Assembly: GCA_017857875.1 (NCBI GenBank)
Contig: JAFMCH010000003.1
Location: 9,390-73,389, forward strand
Origin: Actinomycetota bacterium
GTDB taxonomy: Bacteria > Actinomycetota > Actinomycetes > S36-B12
DNA: 64,000 bases
Direction: 5' to 3'
Below, one piece after another: positions 61,568 to 64,000 of the stretch. Position 1 is the first letter of the stretch, and every line of letters starts with the position of its first letter. The notes under the pieces are model-generated. The model was not told the origin of the DNA. It did no database searches and saw only the letters and a list, made by a program, of their open reading frames with translations. The position numbers were made by a program, and so were the translations under genes.

Positions 61568-62979
61568 TCGGGCCAGACATCGTCTTCCTGGGCCCCTCGC
61601 TCTCGCATGCCGAGGCGCAACGAATCCTGCCCCATGCGGTCATTTTGCCTCCGGCAGCAATGGGTGACGTGCTCGCTGCATCCTTGAAGTACCAACCCCA
61701 CGCCATCGGACTCATCGATGGCACGTTCTTATCAACCATGTCTGTCTTCCACAAGGAACTGCTCTTCGCCATGGAGCAAGGCGCGTGGTTACTCGGAGCG
61801 AGCAGCATGGGTGCATTACGCGCTGCCGAGTGCGCGGCCTACGGCATGATTGGCGTGGGTCAGATCTACGAAGACCTAGCCTCGGGCCTGCTAGAAGACG
61901 ATGATGAGGTTGCCCTCACGCATGCTGATGCCGAGGCGAATTTTCGGTCACTGTCAGACGCCATGGTGACGATCCGGGCGACGCTGGCGGCCGCTAACGC
62001 AGCCAACCTCCTGACGGATGACGAGACCACGGTTCTCCTTCAGCAGCAGAAAGATAGGTGGTTTCCCGACCGGCGACTCAGCGGCGTAATCGCCGATGCA
62101 GTCGATGCAGGTCTGACCGCTAATCGAATCACGCGACTACGCGAATTCGTGCGAACAAGCCCCGTCGACCCCAAGCGACAAGATGCCATCGCATTGCTTG
62201 AACGCATGAAGTCCTTGCCGCCGGGTCGCATGCCTCAAGGAGAGCGGCCCGAAACGTATATCTCTGGAGTCTTCGCCGCTACTTTGGCTCGCGATGTCGC
62301 CGTCAGCACGAACAATGGCACGCCAGTCACGCTCGATCGACTGCGCCGCTATGCGGCGTTGCATGATCCACACTTCACAGCCGATATGTCAGCCGCCAGG
62401 CGCGCCATGGTGCTCAGTGAAATTTCACGCTGGCTGGGTGGGCAGCCAACCGAGGCAGAACGCAGCGCGGCCCGCACGCTCGTTGCCGAGAAGGTCGGGA
62501 TTAAGGAATCCGAGATAGACGACTGGGCGACAAGCGTCGATCTGCGCGACAGCGACCTTCGCCAACTCATCGGTATGGCAGCCCTCATCCATCGTGTCGA
62601 GACAAGTTGGCTGGGCCGATCGCGACTCGGCGAGATCACCACGCCATATCTGAATCACCTACGCCTTGAGGGAAGATACGCTGAACTCAAAGAGGCAACA
62701 GCCTTGCAATACGCTGCTGCCCAGGGAGTTACCTTCACACCCGCACCCTCAATTCAGCAACTGATCGGGTCGATGGTGGCCACGAGTTCCTGGCAACTTC
62801 CCACCGACATTCAGCAGTACATCGAAGCGACCGAGTTGGGATCAGTAGCTGAACTCATTGCCGCCATTGAAGTGTCGATCAAGGCTCATCAAGGGTTGTA
62901 CGGCGTTGGTCTCGTCGATGGCGAGAACGACGTGAAGATTGTCGAAGATGGCGAAGCCTTCATGTCCCGAGGCAACTGA
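61564..62979 (+). CDS. TfuA-like protein with long C-terminal extension
   Basis: Its ATG overlaps the ycaO stop (ATGA). The N-terminal ~130 aa match the TfuA pattern (IVFLGPSL...ILPPAAMGDV...HAIGLIDGTF...VFHKELLFAMEQGAWLLGASSMGALRAAE...GMIGVGQIY). The remaining ~300 aa are unassigned. Confidence 0.82.
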   Translation: MIGPDIVFLGPSLSHAEAQRILPHAVILPPAAMGDVLAASLKYQPHAIGLIDGTFLSTMSVFHKELLFAMEQGAWLLGASSMGALRAAECAAYGMIGVGQIYEDLASGLLEDDDEVALTHADAEANFRSLSDAMVTIRATLAAANAANLLTDDETTVLLQQQKDRWFPDRRLSGVIADAVDAGLTANRITRLREFVRTSPVDPKRQDAIALLERMKSLPPGRMPQGERPETYISGVFAATLARDVAVSTNNGTPVTLDRLRRYAALHDPHFTADMSAARRAMVLSEISRWLGGQPTEAERSAARTLVAEKVGIKESEIDDWATSVDLRDSDLRQLIGMAALIHRVETSWLGRSRLGEITTPYLNHLRLEGRYAELKEATALQYAAAQGVTFTPAPSIQQLIGSMVATSSWQLPTDIQQYIEATELGSVAELIAAIEVSIKAHQGLYGVGLVDGENDVKIVEDGEAFMSRGN

Positions 62980-63779
62980 TGCCGCTGATTCGACCGTCAA
63001 TCACCGACGGAACTGCACCGCTCGTGCCCCATGACCCGCTGCCGCTGTGGCGAGTCACGAATGAAGAGGTAACTCTAGGATTGCCGGGGCTTGGTGCTGT
63101 CACTGTTGATGTAGACGGCATCACCACTAACGCACCAGACGATCTCCTCCGCCAGCAGACCTGGTCTCGTCTGGGTCTGTGGGCAACCGGTCAGTGGTAC
63201 GCGCTTCACGGATACCTCGTGCTGCCAGGCGCAACAGTTGCGCGTGATACCGAAGCCACCGCGATCGTCGGTGCCTCTCGCGCAGGTTCCTCAGTTACGG
63301 CCGTGCAACTGACTCGACACGGCTACTCGATCGTCAGCGACGGGTTCACGATCATCACCGGTGAGGGCATCGCCGTGTCACACACACCACATGCAGCAAT
63401 CGACTCATTCGTTGCCGAGAACTTGTTTCCGGACATGCCAAACACGGCTCGTGCGAGCGGGGCGCAGCGGACTAACATCATCGCTCCCGGTCACGGCGAT
63501 GCGCCCCTTCGATCCTTCGTGCTTCTACGCGAAAAGGCAGGGCTGGAACACATTCAGGTTCACCAGATTAATGACTGGACGGCGGCCATCTTTCGCAATC
63601 GCATCGTGAGTCCTGTGCTCCAAGCGCCCACGCCACCAACGTCACTATTGGCCCGCATGGCAGATCTACCTGCTTGGACAGTCACCCGGAGTTACCCAGA
63701 AAGCATGGACGATGCGAAGCATTTTGCACCTCCGGCCTTAGCGCTACGAATTGACCAGGTACTCAGGGGCGGCGAATGA
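62979..63779 (+). CDS. Hypothetical protein, possibly HPr-kinase-like with degenerate P-loop
   Basis: 266 aa, with its ATG sharing one nt with the tfuA stop (TGATG). The segment LHGYLVLPG...TAIVGASRAGSSVTAVQLTRHGYSIVSDGFTII resembles the HprK C-terminal core (G.SG.GKS...L...G..L.SDD), but the Walker Lys is absent. The function call is tentative. Confidence 0.4.
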   Translation: MPLIRPSITDGTAPLVPHDPLPLWRVTNEEVTLGLPGLGAVTVDVDGITTNAPDDLLRQQTWSRLGLWATGQWYALHGYLVLPGATVARDTEATAIVGASRAGSSVTAVQLTRHGYSIVSDGFTIITGEGIAVSHTPHAAIDSFVAENLFPDMPNTARASGAQRTNIIAPGHGDAPLRSFVLLREKAGLEHIQVHQINDWTAAIFRNRIVSPVLQAPTPPTSLLARMADLPAWTVTRSYPESMDDAKHFAPPALALRIDQVLRGGE

Positions 63780-64000
63780 GCCCGACAAGCGCAACCGCGT
63801 GGCTCGCGTCCTATCCGAAATCTGGAAATACTTGGGTTCGAGCGCAACTGAGCACACTTGAGTCAGGCTCGGAACCGGCCTTGAAGAAACTCGGTCGATC
63901 ACGAGAACACGATCGCATGTCCACGTCACTGGGAGTTCCACTCGGCGATTTATCTCCGGCCGAAACAGCCGCCGTGCTGCGCCTGTCCTGGACGATTCAT
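63776..64000 (+). CDS. Sulfotransferase-domain protein, N-terminal part (runs off the window end)
   Basis: This ORF is not in the track because it is still open at the window edge. Manual translation from ATG 63776, which overlaps the upstream stop as ATGA, gives MSPTSATAWLASYPKSGNTWVRAQLSTLESG. YPKSGNTW matches the PAPS 5'-phosphosulfate-binding loop (PKSGTTW) of sulfotransferases. Confidence 0.68.
   Translation, partial: MSPTSATAWLASYPKSGNTWVRAQLSTLESGSEPALKKLGRSREHDRMSTSLGVPLGDLSPAETAAVLRLSWTIH

Overview
This is a high-GC, almost fully coding chromosomal segment with typical Actinomycetota synteny; I cannot place the taxon more precisely without a search. Positions 1-23.3 kb are a minus-strand housekeeping block: coaX, a nadB-nadC fusion, panC, a MidA-like methyltransferase, two PH-domain membrane proteins, an orphan NuoD-like gene, a folB-folK fusion, folP, folE, ftsH, hpt, tilS, dacB, ppa, fadB and fadA. 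Positions 24.8-32.6 kb hold a histidine-utilisation operon (hutH, hutU, an M20 hydrolase, hutF, hutI) with an IclR regulator. Positions 32.5-44.4 kb hold a hydroxyproline/proline catabolic island, ending in putA. Positions 44.4-53.7 kb hold an exporter, a LuxR-GAF regulator, furA-katG, a photolyase, and a DUF222/HNH gene broken by one in-frame TAG. The stand-out is the last ~10 kb (53766-64000), which looks visibly lower in G+C and reads as a RiPP biosynthetic gene cluster. It has two tandem 84-aa precursor genes with Nif11-type leaders ending in GG and Cys-free, Ala-rich 21-aa cores. These are followed by translationally coupled genes for a YcaO protein, an unusually long TfuA protein, a possible HPr-kinase-like protein and a sulfotransferase that runs off the window end. 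A complete NHLM-type export and leader-cleavage module (HlyD, C39-peptidase ABC, second ABC) is transcribed divergently. I found no tRNA, rRNA, CRISPR array or transposase. The ORF track uses the longest ATG/GTG/TTG extension, so I trimmed many starts by hand and they remain approximate.
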